Source of the DNA: Rhizophagus irregularis
Lineage: Eukaryota
Assembly: GCF_026210795.1 (NCBI RefSeq)
Contig: NC_089434.1
Span: 2,418,001-2,482,000, forward strand
Reading direction: 5' to 3'
DNA: 64,000 bases
Shown here: in pieces, positions 24,436 to 35,510 of the stretch
How the letters are laid out: the number at the start of each line of letters is the position of its first letter
How positions within the stretch are numbered: position 1 is the stretch's first letter
Translations under genes and position numbers: made by a program
The notes under the pieces: model-generated
Told to the model about the DNA's origin: nothing
The model's input: the letters and a program-made list of their open reading frames with translations, nothing else
Database searches by the model: none

Positions 24436-26562
24436 ATGTCTGGTAACTATGCCAAGAGAGGCCGTGAAAGTCATAACCCTAATAGTAGGAAAGCTTCCCA
24501 TCAAGAACGAAAAAATAATAATAACTCCGATAATTCAAGCTCCGATGGTGAAAACACTGTCCAGCAGAAACGTAATCGTACGATTACCGAAAATTCTATG
24601 GATGAAGACTACATTGCCGATAACCAGATGGCTGACGTTGGAGTAGATGGACCTTCCTTTTCTCCTCAACAAAATATCTCTGACGAAAATACTTTGACCT
24701 CCTCCCCAAAAAAATCTGCTGCGCCAACTGCGCCCAGTCACGTCGCGTCTTCTGGAAATGTGGACGCGTCCAGCGCGCATGCCGCAAAGGAGACTTGCAA
24801 CAACTCCCTAACGTGTCGCCTGATATGGATTCCAATGGTGCTCCAGATGGCGATCATACTTCCGATCCAGTGGTGACCCTCGCCATAACCAAAGATGATT
24901 TTCAGGCTGCGGCTGCGCTGAATGCTGCCCCTGAATCTCTTAAAAACTTCCCTACCAATAAAGCTCTTATTGAGGCTGTTAACAACCTTTTTTTAGAAAC
25001 ATACGAGTCATACACTGAAAAAGCGCGTATGACTGGTTCTGGCGAAGCCAAACGCCTCGTTATTCACTTCCATACCGCTGAAGCACGCGATTTGTGCGTT
25101 GGTTCCACTCATTCGAGCTTCCCCTGACTTGACCTTTCACGCATACGATCCTCGCCAACTCCGATCTAATGAAGATCTCAGGGCCATCCAAGTTACCGAT
25201 ATCCTTTTCTTCATTAAAAAGGATAACCTAATGGCTTATTTCAAAAAATTTGGAAACATCACCTCTTGCCGCCTCTTTTCCAGGCCTAATGCCAAAGTCC
25301 AGCAAGCTTGTATCGTTTATGATCACGCCAATTCGATTGCTCACTTTACCGACCAATGGGCTGTATACTGCTTCTCCACCTGTTTCAGAATCACTCCATG
25401 TTTCTATACTGTAGATCAAAAGGCTGCGCGTCATCAATACGTTGCCACTCTCACTCAACTTCCCCCCAATGTTAAGGATATCAACTTGGCTCCTCTTACG
25501 CGTAACCTTGGCGCCAAAGCTGTCAATGTGCCACTCTCCTTAAATTCTTACAAACCCAAAAGATGGGCCTACGTCACTTTCAATTCCCAAGAGACCTTGG
25601 ATGCTGCTATGGAACAAACTGTCAGCTTCCAAGGCAAGGTGCTTTCCTAGTCCTCCCCAGATAATACTAACAAACTTTGTCACAGATGTGGCAAATTAGG
25701 TTGCGACCCAAATTTTTGTCCACTCAAACAAACTAGAGGACGTAGCCGTACTCGTGACCCTGTGGCAAAACTCAAAGAGTGGTTTAATGTCAATCAACCT
25801 CCTCGCCGCTCCAATTCTAATGCTGCTAATACACGTTCTCGCTCCTGATCACGCTCAAAATCCAAAGACCGATCTGCTTCTACTTCCAGACGTGATAATA
25901 ACAATTCTTATAACCATAATAATAATGCTAATAATCATAACAAACCCAATCCCAATACTTCCCAACGTGCCCGGCATAATAGCAAAGAACGCTCGGTCTC
26001 CTTCTCTTCCTCCTCTCGTTCTACAGCACGTCCCTTGCCCCGACAAATTCCTAATTCTGCATTATCTCCTGATGATGCTAATAATATTTTAAACCTTTTA
26101 CGCGAACTGCAATGTGAAGTTGCTAACTTCCATAAACGCATTTCCGCTCTTGAACTTGCTGACCAACGGATGACTCGCATCGAATCACACCTTGGCCTTG
26201 ATCCGCTTCCTACACCTAATGAGCCCGATTTGGATCTCATGCAAGAAGATACCCCTGTATCCCATGTTCCGCTTAACATTCAGTCTTCCGCCAAATCTAC
26301 TTCGCCCTCCAGAAGTATTTTAACGTGACCTTCGCCTCCTACCACTATTGTTCCTAACACATCGCTTCCTTCTTCTCATCTTTCCCCAAATGCTCCTCCT
26401 TTTACCCCTGTTTCCTCCACGCAAGAAGAAATTAACGATCTCAAAAATAATAGAGTCGTTATTGAAAGTAAATTGGACCAACTTACTGGTCATATCAAAC
26501 AATTCATTAGCTCCATTGGTGGTGCTCCCTTAGATCAAGCTGATTCAGCTTCTTCTGTTTAA
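24436..26562 (+). pseudogene. LINE ORF1: RRM-type domains, zinc knuckle, RS-rich tract, coiled coil; frameshifts and stops
   Basis: FKKFGNITSCRL and RWAYVTFNSQE RRM-like motifs; CHRCGKLGCDPNFC near 25678; homologous segments in copies 2 and 3. Confidence 0.85.
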
Positions 26563-26610
26563 TTTTCTTCTTCAATTTAACTCCCTGACTGTTTATATCA
26601 TTGTGTTTTA

Positions 26611-29600
26611 ATGTCGGACAATAATTTTAATTTGGATACCTTTGTACGGAACCCTCCCAACCCTGATGATGTTACTGGATTTTCTTCACACGAATCGTTA
26701 TTTTCTTCCTCCAGTAGCACTTCTTTTATTCCCAATTCATTCAACATTTCTTCTTTTAATGTTAATGGTCTTAAAATGTACAGTCAAACTAAATTAGAAC
26801 AAATTTCTACTTTCTTCTCCTTAAAAAATATTTCTTTTGGTGGTATTGTTGATACTCATCTCCACCCTAAACAAATGAAGTTTTTATCCAAACGAATCTC
26901 TAATTATACTGTGTTCTCCTCTAATTTGGATATTTCCAAACAAATTTTATCTTCTGGTGGTGTTTCTCTTTTTATAGAAAACTCCTTTGCTTCACATGTA
27001 CAAGATTTTAAATCCCATTCTTCACGTTTGCTTTCTGTTGATTTATATTTTAAAGGCAACGTTAAATTGCGCATATTTGTTATCTATATTCCCCCTGCTG
27101 AAAGTGTTTTGCGCTCTGACACTATTGATTTGCTTATTCAACAAATTACCCTTACTAAACAAGCTGGTTTTAACCATGCTATCTGCGGCGATTTTAATAT
27201 GCATTTAGACAAATATTATCCTATATATTTTAATCAACCCCAAGTTGCTTCAAAACATATTCACCGATTATTTTCTCATCTCCTTTCTCACAGATATAAA
27301 AACTATACTCCTATTAATCTTTCCAACTCTTTAGGTACCTTTCATCGCAATGACCAAATTACTCGCGTTGATTATGTATAGTCCTGCCCTTTTCTCAAAG
27401 GATTTGCCCTTACTGCTTACATTTTTGATGCTCAAGACATTTGCACATCTGATCATAACCCTGTCATCACATATTATGACATGTCTTTACTTTTTGCCTC
27501 TACCAAATTGGCTCGCACTCGACAACTTAAGCGCCAGACCCGCCACGTCTTCAAATTTGATTCTGTAACTGATATTTAATGGACGGAATTCACTGCCAAA
27601 GCTGATGTTTTATGTGACGTCTCACCTTCAACTTTTTTCTCCTGGCATATCAATCAAATGTGCGAATATCTTCAATCACGAATCCTTAAAGCTGCCAACG
27701 CTACTTTACCTCTTCTACTGTTAGCAACAATTATACTCCTAAGGTCCCTAAAGATCTGGAAATTTTAACTCAACATTATCAGTTTTTAAATCGCCTAATG
27801 CATTCGATACGTCTATTGCGCAAATATCCTTTAACTTATTCTGTTGTTCTTGAACATAAGTGGTCTATACATTTGTATAGACTTCAAAACATTCTTCAAT
27901 TATACAAGAAAGTTTTTACTTTCATTCCTACTCTGCCCTTTTCTTTTTCATCATGTCGACAAGACAATTTCAAGTCACTTCTTGATGATTTATCTAATAT
28001 TTCAAAATCCTTACGGGATTTTCACTTACTTCAAGAAAAAGAATTCCAAGACTCCTCCATCTGTGCTCACTTGGACGATAGGAATAACAACTTTGAGACT
28101 GACCTTTCTTCCTTTATCGATTCAGCGCTCTCTCGCACCCGTCGCCATATCACTTTGGACCGTGTCTTTATCGACCACCCTACTCAACCCCGGTTATTAA
28201 CTGATCCTAAGGATGTAGATGATGCTATTGTTAACCATTTCCAAAACTTTGTACCTATAAAGTCCACTCCTCCTGTATCCATCGATACATTACCTGATAG
28301 ATGGTCTTCTGCCTACCAACCTATGGATGATGTGTCCTTCTCCATCTATAATTTTTTAATGAATCCCCCTACCCTCGACGAATGGTTATCCACCGTCTCT
28401 TCCACTCCTAACGGTAAAGCCTCTGGTCCTTCCATGATTACCTATGAAATGCTTAAACATCTTGGAACCTGTACCTCGGCTCTGCTCCTCATATTAATTC
28501 AAGCATGCCTCTCCAAAGCTGATATTCCCGACTTATGGCGACAAGCAATGGTTTTTCCCATTCCCAAATCTCACGAATGGAAATGTCAATTAAAAAATAC
28601 TCATCCTATTACCTTGCTTGAAGTGATTAGGAAATCTCTTGTCAAACTTTTTTATAATCGCCTATCTACTATTATGGCTTCACATGATGTTCTAAGAGGT
28701 GGTAACTTCGCTGGTCTTCCAGGTGGTTCTTGCCGTGACCCTATTATTACTCTGGAATCTATTATCCATGATGCTGATATCAACAAAAACCCACTTTGGA
28801 TTCTTTCCCAAGATATCTCTAAAGCTTTCGACTCAGTCGATCTGACTATGTTACGTTTTGCTCTAGAACGTATACGTCTTCCAGCCTCCGCTGTTAAATT
28901 TATCCTTTCTCTTTTCACAAAACGCACTAATCACGTTTTCACTGCTCATGGATCTACGCCTGCTTATAGGGTTCGCATTGGTATTGACCAAGGCGAAGTT
29001 ATCTCTCCTCTTTTATGGGTCATTTATATTGATCCCTTACTTACTGTGTTGAAGAATGAAATGAAGGACCCTTACGTTCTTTCCTCACCGTCTTTAATTG
29101 ATTCTCCAAATCCTTCTTCTGATTTGAAGATTAATAATTTAGTATTCATGGATGACTCTACTCTTATTTCCTCGTTGAAAGCTGGCATGGAACTTATGTT
29201 ATCCATCACTGAAGAATTTTACCAAATCAATAACACTTCTGCCAATCATAACAAATATGTGTTAATTACTAATTCGTTGCTTTTGACTTCGAATTCCGCT
29301 TTATTCCTATTACTTTTAATTTGGATTTATCCTCTTTAAATAGTGTGCCTTTCATTACCATTACCCCAATTTCCATGACAACTTCTTTTCATTTTTTAGG
29401 TGTCTGGTTTAACATTAAGAGCTCCCATGATTTTGTCAAAAAGCAACTCAAACGCGAATGCTGCTCCTTTGCTGCGACTATTTGATCCGCGAAGCTCTCT
29501 CCCAAACAAGTCGTGTATTTACATAATGCTGTTCTTATACCAAAACTTGAATACCAGATGCAAGTTACCCACTTGTCCGAATCTGACTGCCACCTAATAA

Positions 29601-32221
29601 CGAGAAGTATACGATCTGTTGTAAAGCACAAAGCAAATTTTTCTCGTTCTTTACCCAATCCTATTCTATTTTTATCTCAAGCTTTGGGCTTGATTAATTT
29701 GTTTGCTCATCAACATCAATGTCATATTACTAATTTATTTTTAATGGCTAATTCTTCTTTTTCTTTTATTCAATCTCTTTTTATTTATAGATTGTGTTTA
29801 ATTCAATATAATTTTTTGATCCCTATTTCTCCTCTTTTAATTAAGGACTAGTCTATATGGTCTCTTTATTTTCCTTTAAGAAAGATTATATCGCATGCAC
29901 TATTGCTCTCTTATCTTCTACTCTTTTTCGTTTGCTTCATACTCAACTTTCGAAGCTTCCGAACTTATCTCTGTTAGATGGATGCGTTCTATTATTTGAA
30001 TGCATGACGCCTAAAGCCTTTAAAGCTTATTTCTCCATTCTGCGAAAACGAAAACTGTTTTATTTATTTCAGCTTGTTACCCCTAAGGAACTCATTTAAT
30101 TTCCTGGAAGGCTTACTATGACAGTTTGGTTGGACGACGTGGCCCTGGCCGTATCCCTTATTGGTACATGGATATCCAACAATCTACCACTGTTCCTAAT
30201 TCCAATAATCGTTTGCTGGATAAATTTATTACTATGCATACGAATGACTCTTTATTTTATGAATTAAAACCTTGTTAACCTCTCCTCCTACTACTAAAAA
30301 TTGGATTGTCACGTTGGACGAATTTGGTTCTCCCTTCTTTGGCAAACAACTTTTGGTCCAAGCAAGTCGTGGTACTTGTTCTATTGTCCACTGGATTTCT
30401 CCTGATTGTAACTCTTCGCCTGGTGATCTCATTAGACTTTCTCCTTGCCCTGGCTGTGCTGCTCATTCTCCTTTACCTCCTTCCAAAAAACGGAATGCTG
30501 ACTTAACCCTTTGTACACCTACGGTCTCTCTACAGCACTCACTTATTTTGCCTACTAATAATGAGCGGATTAGACGTAACACTTCTGAAGTGACTTCTCC
30601 TCTTACTTGGGCTGATATTGAAGACGTTGTCCGTCTTTATTATAGTAGATTGGATTTTGATTCTGATCCCCTTTCTGCAGATACCGTTGTAGCTTCTGTT
30701 CCTCCTGTTACTATTGAATCCTCGGCCGCCGCTGTTTTTGCAAACTCTCTGTTGGTCATTTCATGTTATATCTTTTTCACTGATAGATCTCTAGTTAGTT
30801 TAGGTATTCCTGATGTTTCTATGGGCTGGTCTTGGATGCAAATTGTTTCAGATGCAGGCTTTCCTAACTCCATTGCCACTTATGCTTACGGCCTTATTCG
30901 AAATAACCCTTCTTCCTCTCGAGCTGAAGCTGCTGCTATTTACGCAGTTTTAACTATCTCTCCTCACGACTCAGAAGTTACTATCTACACTGACTCGCAA
31001 ACTGCCATTGATGGCCTTCGAAGTTGCTCTTCCTTTGTCTACTCAAATAGTTGTCTGTACTATAAAACTACAAATTTTGAGCTTTGGGCTATTATTGAGC
31101 GAACCATCCTCTCCAAAAATTTGACTGTCCTTCCCATCAAAGTTAAAGCTCATTCTGGCAATTATTTAAACGACTTTGCTGACTCCTTGGCCAATACTGC
31201 TCATACTGCGTCATCTAGTATTTGGATTTCTGGAATGGACCTGGCCTTTGCTCATGATTTTGTCTTAATTTATGACAATGATGTTGTCTGCGAATCTAAT
31301 CCATGACACCTTCTCAAACAATATTATCAAACGCAGTTTATGCGGGATTTGTTAAACTTAACGCGGTTTCACTTTACTTCTTTATTATCATCTAATGTAG
31401 ATTATGTTATTGATTGGGACCTTACTTGGTTTGCTTTGAAATTCAAACCTTCTCATAACGCATCTTTCACGTATGAACATGCTTCACGACATCATACCTT
31501 CAAATTTAAACTCTTCTTGGATGATTTACCTACATTGGAAAAGCTTAAACGGACTCGACCAGACTTATACATGGACGAATTAACTTGTCATTCTTGTATC
31601 GACCGCATGGAGGACCTGATGCACCTTTTTATGTGCAAAAGACGTCGTTTACCTATGCAACAAATTCTTCAATCTTATCAAAATCATTTGATTTCCAAAA
31701 TTCTGGAAGCCGGTAAATTGGCTAACATTGATCCCACTCCATTTATTACTAAACTCACTTTTCTTTCATGCTGGTCCTTTTCTTCTACAAATTGGTCCTC
31801 CTATGCCCTGGTTCATGGTTGTTTACCCAAATTCTTTATTGACTTATTTGTCGATTTATCCATTCCAAGGCCATCTGCGATAAAGGTTATCGCTGCTATT
31901 CATAATAATTTTGTCCAAAAATTCAGAAGACGAATTTGGAATCCGCGTTTTTACGAACAAAGTAGATGGGAAAACGCGATGAATATTACCTATAAGTTGA
32001 AAACTACTCCGAAGCCATCTAACTTGCCATTGTCAATGTACATACCTTACTCATCTTTACCTCCTCCGACTCTACACGATTCACGTGACTCCGGAACTGA
32101 TTGGTTAAAGAACTCGATGAAATATGGTTTGCCTTGGTTTAATCACTTTTCGGGTTTTATGGGTCGTCTAACAGTGCTACTTAATAACAGCTTTTGCAGA
32201 ATGGAGTGTTGATTTTTATAG
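26611..32221 (+). pseudogene. LINE ORF2: APE endonuclease, reverse transcriptase, RNase H, C-terminal zinc finger; frameshifts and stops
   Basis: APE: SFNVNGL, GDFN, SDHNPV; RT: PITLLE, QDISKAFDSV, GIDQGEVISPLLW, FMDD; RNase H: SSRAE, YTDSQ, KVKAHSGN..ND.AD; C..C...HLFMC. Confidence 0.9.
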
Positions 32222-32504
32222 TGGGTGCGCTATTCGTTATTTTGTTAGCATAGTTGCTTCTACTTTAGTTGGAATATATCAAGGGGGAAGATCTGGGGAA
32301 ATTTAGTGTAATGTGATTTTTTTTTCTTAGATTAATTTTTTACTTTATTTTTTCTTAGGAGACTATATAGCTTTGTTTTTAGTTAGTTTTATTTTTATAT
32401 TTTTCTTTTTATAAATTGTAAATTGTAAAGTTCGAATAAATTTAATAAAGATAAAGGCTACTATGCCACGTTTGCCTAGTTTTTGACCAGTAGTTTTTGA
32501 CCAG

Positions 32505-33633
32505 TAACTCTCTCCTGAATTTTTCAAAAAAAGAAAATTCCGACGAAAAATATTTTTTATTATTTTTAAAAAATAATACAAACTACTAATAAATTTTATA
32601 TTCCCAACTCAAAGTCCTCTAATATGTCTGATAACTATGCCAAGAGAGGCTGTGGAAGTCATAACCCTAACAGTAGGAAAGCTTCCTGTCAAGAACGAAA
32701 AAATAATAATAACTCCGATAACTCAAGCTCTAATAGTGAAAACACTATCCAGCAAAAACGTACTCATACGCTTACCGATAACTCTATAGAAGAAGATTAC
32801 GTTGCTGATGACCAGACGGCTGACGTTGGAGTAGATGGTCTTTCCTCTTCTCCTCAACAAAATATCTCTGGCGAAAATACCTTTCCCTTCTTCCCGAAAA
32901 ATTCTGCTGCGCCAACTGCGCCCAGTCACGTCGCGTCTTCTGAAAATGTAGACGTGTCCATGCATACACCTTCAAACATAGACAAGCAACAAATCCCTAA
33001 CGCGTCACCTTATTTGGATACTATCAATGGTGCTCCATCTGGCGATCATACCCCAGATCCAGTGGTGACCCTCACCATGACTAGAGATAATTTTCAGGCT
33101 GCGGCTGTGCCAATTGCTGCCCCTGAATCCCTTAAAAATTCCCTACTAATAAGGCTCTCATTGAGGCTATCAATAATCTCTTTTTAGAAACTTATGAGTC
33201 ATACACTGGCAAAGTGCGTATGACTAGTTCTGGTGATGTCGAACGTCTCGTTATCCATTTCCATACTGCTGAAACACGCGATTTATGCATTAGTTCCACC
33301 CATTCTGAATTCCCTGACCTAATTTTCCATGCACATGACCCTCGTCAACTCCAATCTAATAAAGATCTCTGAGCTATCCAAGTTACCGATATTCCATTCT
33401 TCATTAAAAAGGACAACCTTATAGCCTATTTCAAGAAATTTGGAAACATTACCTCTTGCTGGCTTTTTTCCAGGCCTAATGCTAAAGTGCAGCAGGCTCG
33501 CATTGTATATGACAATACTGATTCAATTGCTCAATTTTCCGATCAATGGGCTGTATATTGTTTCTTCACCTGCCTCCGAATCACTCTATGCTTCTACACC
33601 GTGAATCAAAAAGCTGCGCACCATCAATACGTT
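32505..33633 (+). mobile_element. LINE copy 2, 5' portion (5' UTR and first half of ORF1)
   Basis: Collinear with 24307-25443; homology stops after CATCAATACGTT. Confidence 0.9.
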
Positions 33634-35510
33634 AATTCTCACGCCTTCATCTACAAAAGCAGAATGCTTTGCAATACTAACAGCTTTACTTGTCTATCTA
33701 ACAGTACAATCCATATCCACACAGATTCTCAAAATTGTATCAACACATTTCAACGAGTTAACAACGCTTTAACGTCAGACCAGAAAATTCTGAAACTTCC
33801 TAACCATCTCGCGTGGCATTGTATTAAACAACTAATCAATAAAAACCATTTAGAAGTCCATTTCAACAAAGTAAAGCTCACTCCAATAATTTTTATAATG
33901 ATCTAGCAGACGCCGAAGCAAAAAAAGACTTCGACGTCAGTTCTACCATTACTCATCAACCCTAAATTTATTGAAAATGTGATTCTGTTGCCCTTATGGG
34001 ATTCTATTGGCATCATTGATCGAGATACCCAAAAGTTCACTAAATCGATCACGGAAGCAAGAACTTTCGACTCCTTTACACACAACTCACCATTACAAGA
34101 TATGTTTGCTCATCATAATATCTCAGAAATTAATTGGCCACTCACTCAGTCCTGGATCAATTATAACAACGTTTGCAGCACTAATAAATCAAAAAAAGAC
34201 GCTTTCAAACTAAAATGCCTCAATCACATTTTACCGTGTGGAGAAATACTTACTTCACACTATCCATCGTTATATTTCAACATACAGACTCCCATCAAAT
34301 GTCCGTTCTGTCAGAATGAAACGATACTAACTCTCACTTAGGTTTCTGTTAACCCATTTTACCATCCCTTAACAACATCGTGAAAGAATTCAAAGACACT
34401 TTAAACGTCAGATTACTTTACACACTGACTCGAGGAGGATGACATATTTTGTATCCCAAAACCTCAACGCATCATATCTTTTCACGCCAATTACGAACGA
34501 CAAACACCCGATTTACTTACTCATGCACAATTTCGTTCCCCAAGAATTAGTAGATCTGATACAGAAATACACGAATAGTTACAAGATCATACGCAATTAG
34601 TGATGGAGACGATGCTAAAACTTCAATCAACATTATACACCATGATATGGCTCAAACATACGGAAGCTATGAAACAGTGGGAACTAGCGAAGTATCACTA
34701 CTGCTAAAAAAAATTCACTTCGGAAAAAGCACCTAACACTGGTAAAAAAATAGTCTATCCTACACATATTCTACACATATCTTACATATATCAAGTACTC
34801 AAAATGTAGAAAATCATACACAAATAATACACATATCATACACATATTGGGTACTTATATATATAGTATACCTATCAGGTACCTGATATATGTATGATAT
34901 ATATATTAGTACCTGATATGTGTATGATATGTGTATTATTTGTGTATGATTTTCTACATTTTGAGTACCCAATATGTGTAAGATATGTGTAGGATAAATC
35001 ATTTTTTTACCAGTGTAAGAAAAAAGAAAAAATCACGCACAAGGACACCTAAAAATGCCACTCCAAGTAGTGCGACCAACATACCCGTAAACCCTATAAA
35101 GATTTACAATAATTCACACAAATATGACGATAGACTCCGCATCAAACTGTACAATTATATACCACGATGGATCATCTTAATCACATCAAATTATCTCCAA
35201 TGCAGGTGGTTGGAACATTATGAATAGTTTAGATAGACAAACTTTTTATAGAGTTATATTTTTCTTTATTTTCTCATTTATATTATCGTATAGATTTTTT
35301 ACAACTTCTTTTAATCCTATTTTCTATCATGTTAGTGGGTAGCTCAGTTACGCCAAGGGTTCAAGGGTGAATAATAGGCGGAACGATTCCTCTTTGGTGA
35401 GGTTGGACTAACTCACAACGCTTAGTTTAGTTTCATTTTTGTAATTTGTTCTTCTAACATTTGCTTGTAATTCCGGTTTCTGTCTTCATGATAAAAATAG
35501 AAATAAAAAT
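33634..35510 (+). mobile_element. 5'-truncated LINE of a different family (RNase H, zinc finger, 3' UTR, A-rich tail)
   Basis: PSSTKAE, IHTDSQ and KVKAHS..NDLAD across frameshifts; LKCLNHILP...CPFC; ends ATAAAAATAGAAATAAAAAT; not alignable at DNA level with the array LINE. Confidence 0.75.
34737..35015. mobile_element. CACTG MITE (279 bp), intact sister of the 22731 element
   Basis: TAA|CACTGGTAAAAAAA...TTTTTTTACCAGTG|TAA; shared TACACATATC and GGTACC internal repeats; 3-bp TSD. Confidence 0.9.

Larger units (their letters stand above)
24301..32476 (+). mobile_element. LINE (non-LTR retrotransposon) copy 1, full length, about 8.2 kb, uninterrupted but decayed
   Basis: 5' end (TAG)nTAACTCTCTCCTGAATTTTTC shared by three copies; ORF1 and ORF2; 3' end ...GGCTACTATGCCACGTTTGCC with no poly(A). 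Confidence 0.93.

Noticed and set aside
26611..32221. RIP as the cause of the transition mutations
   Set aside because: The changes inspected are concentrated at CpG and the copies remain C-rich; methyl-CpG decay fits better. Not quantified.
32213..32620. LTR interpretation of the ~400-bp sequence repeated at 32213-32620 and 46336-46725
   Set aside because: It is a LINE 3' UTR joined to the next LINE's 5' UTR; the halves occur separately at 24301 and 62206, and no integrase, protease or TG...CA ends are present.
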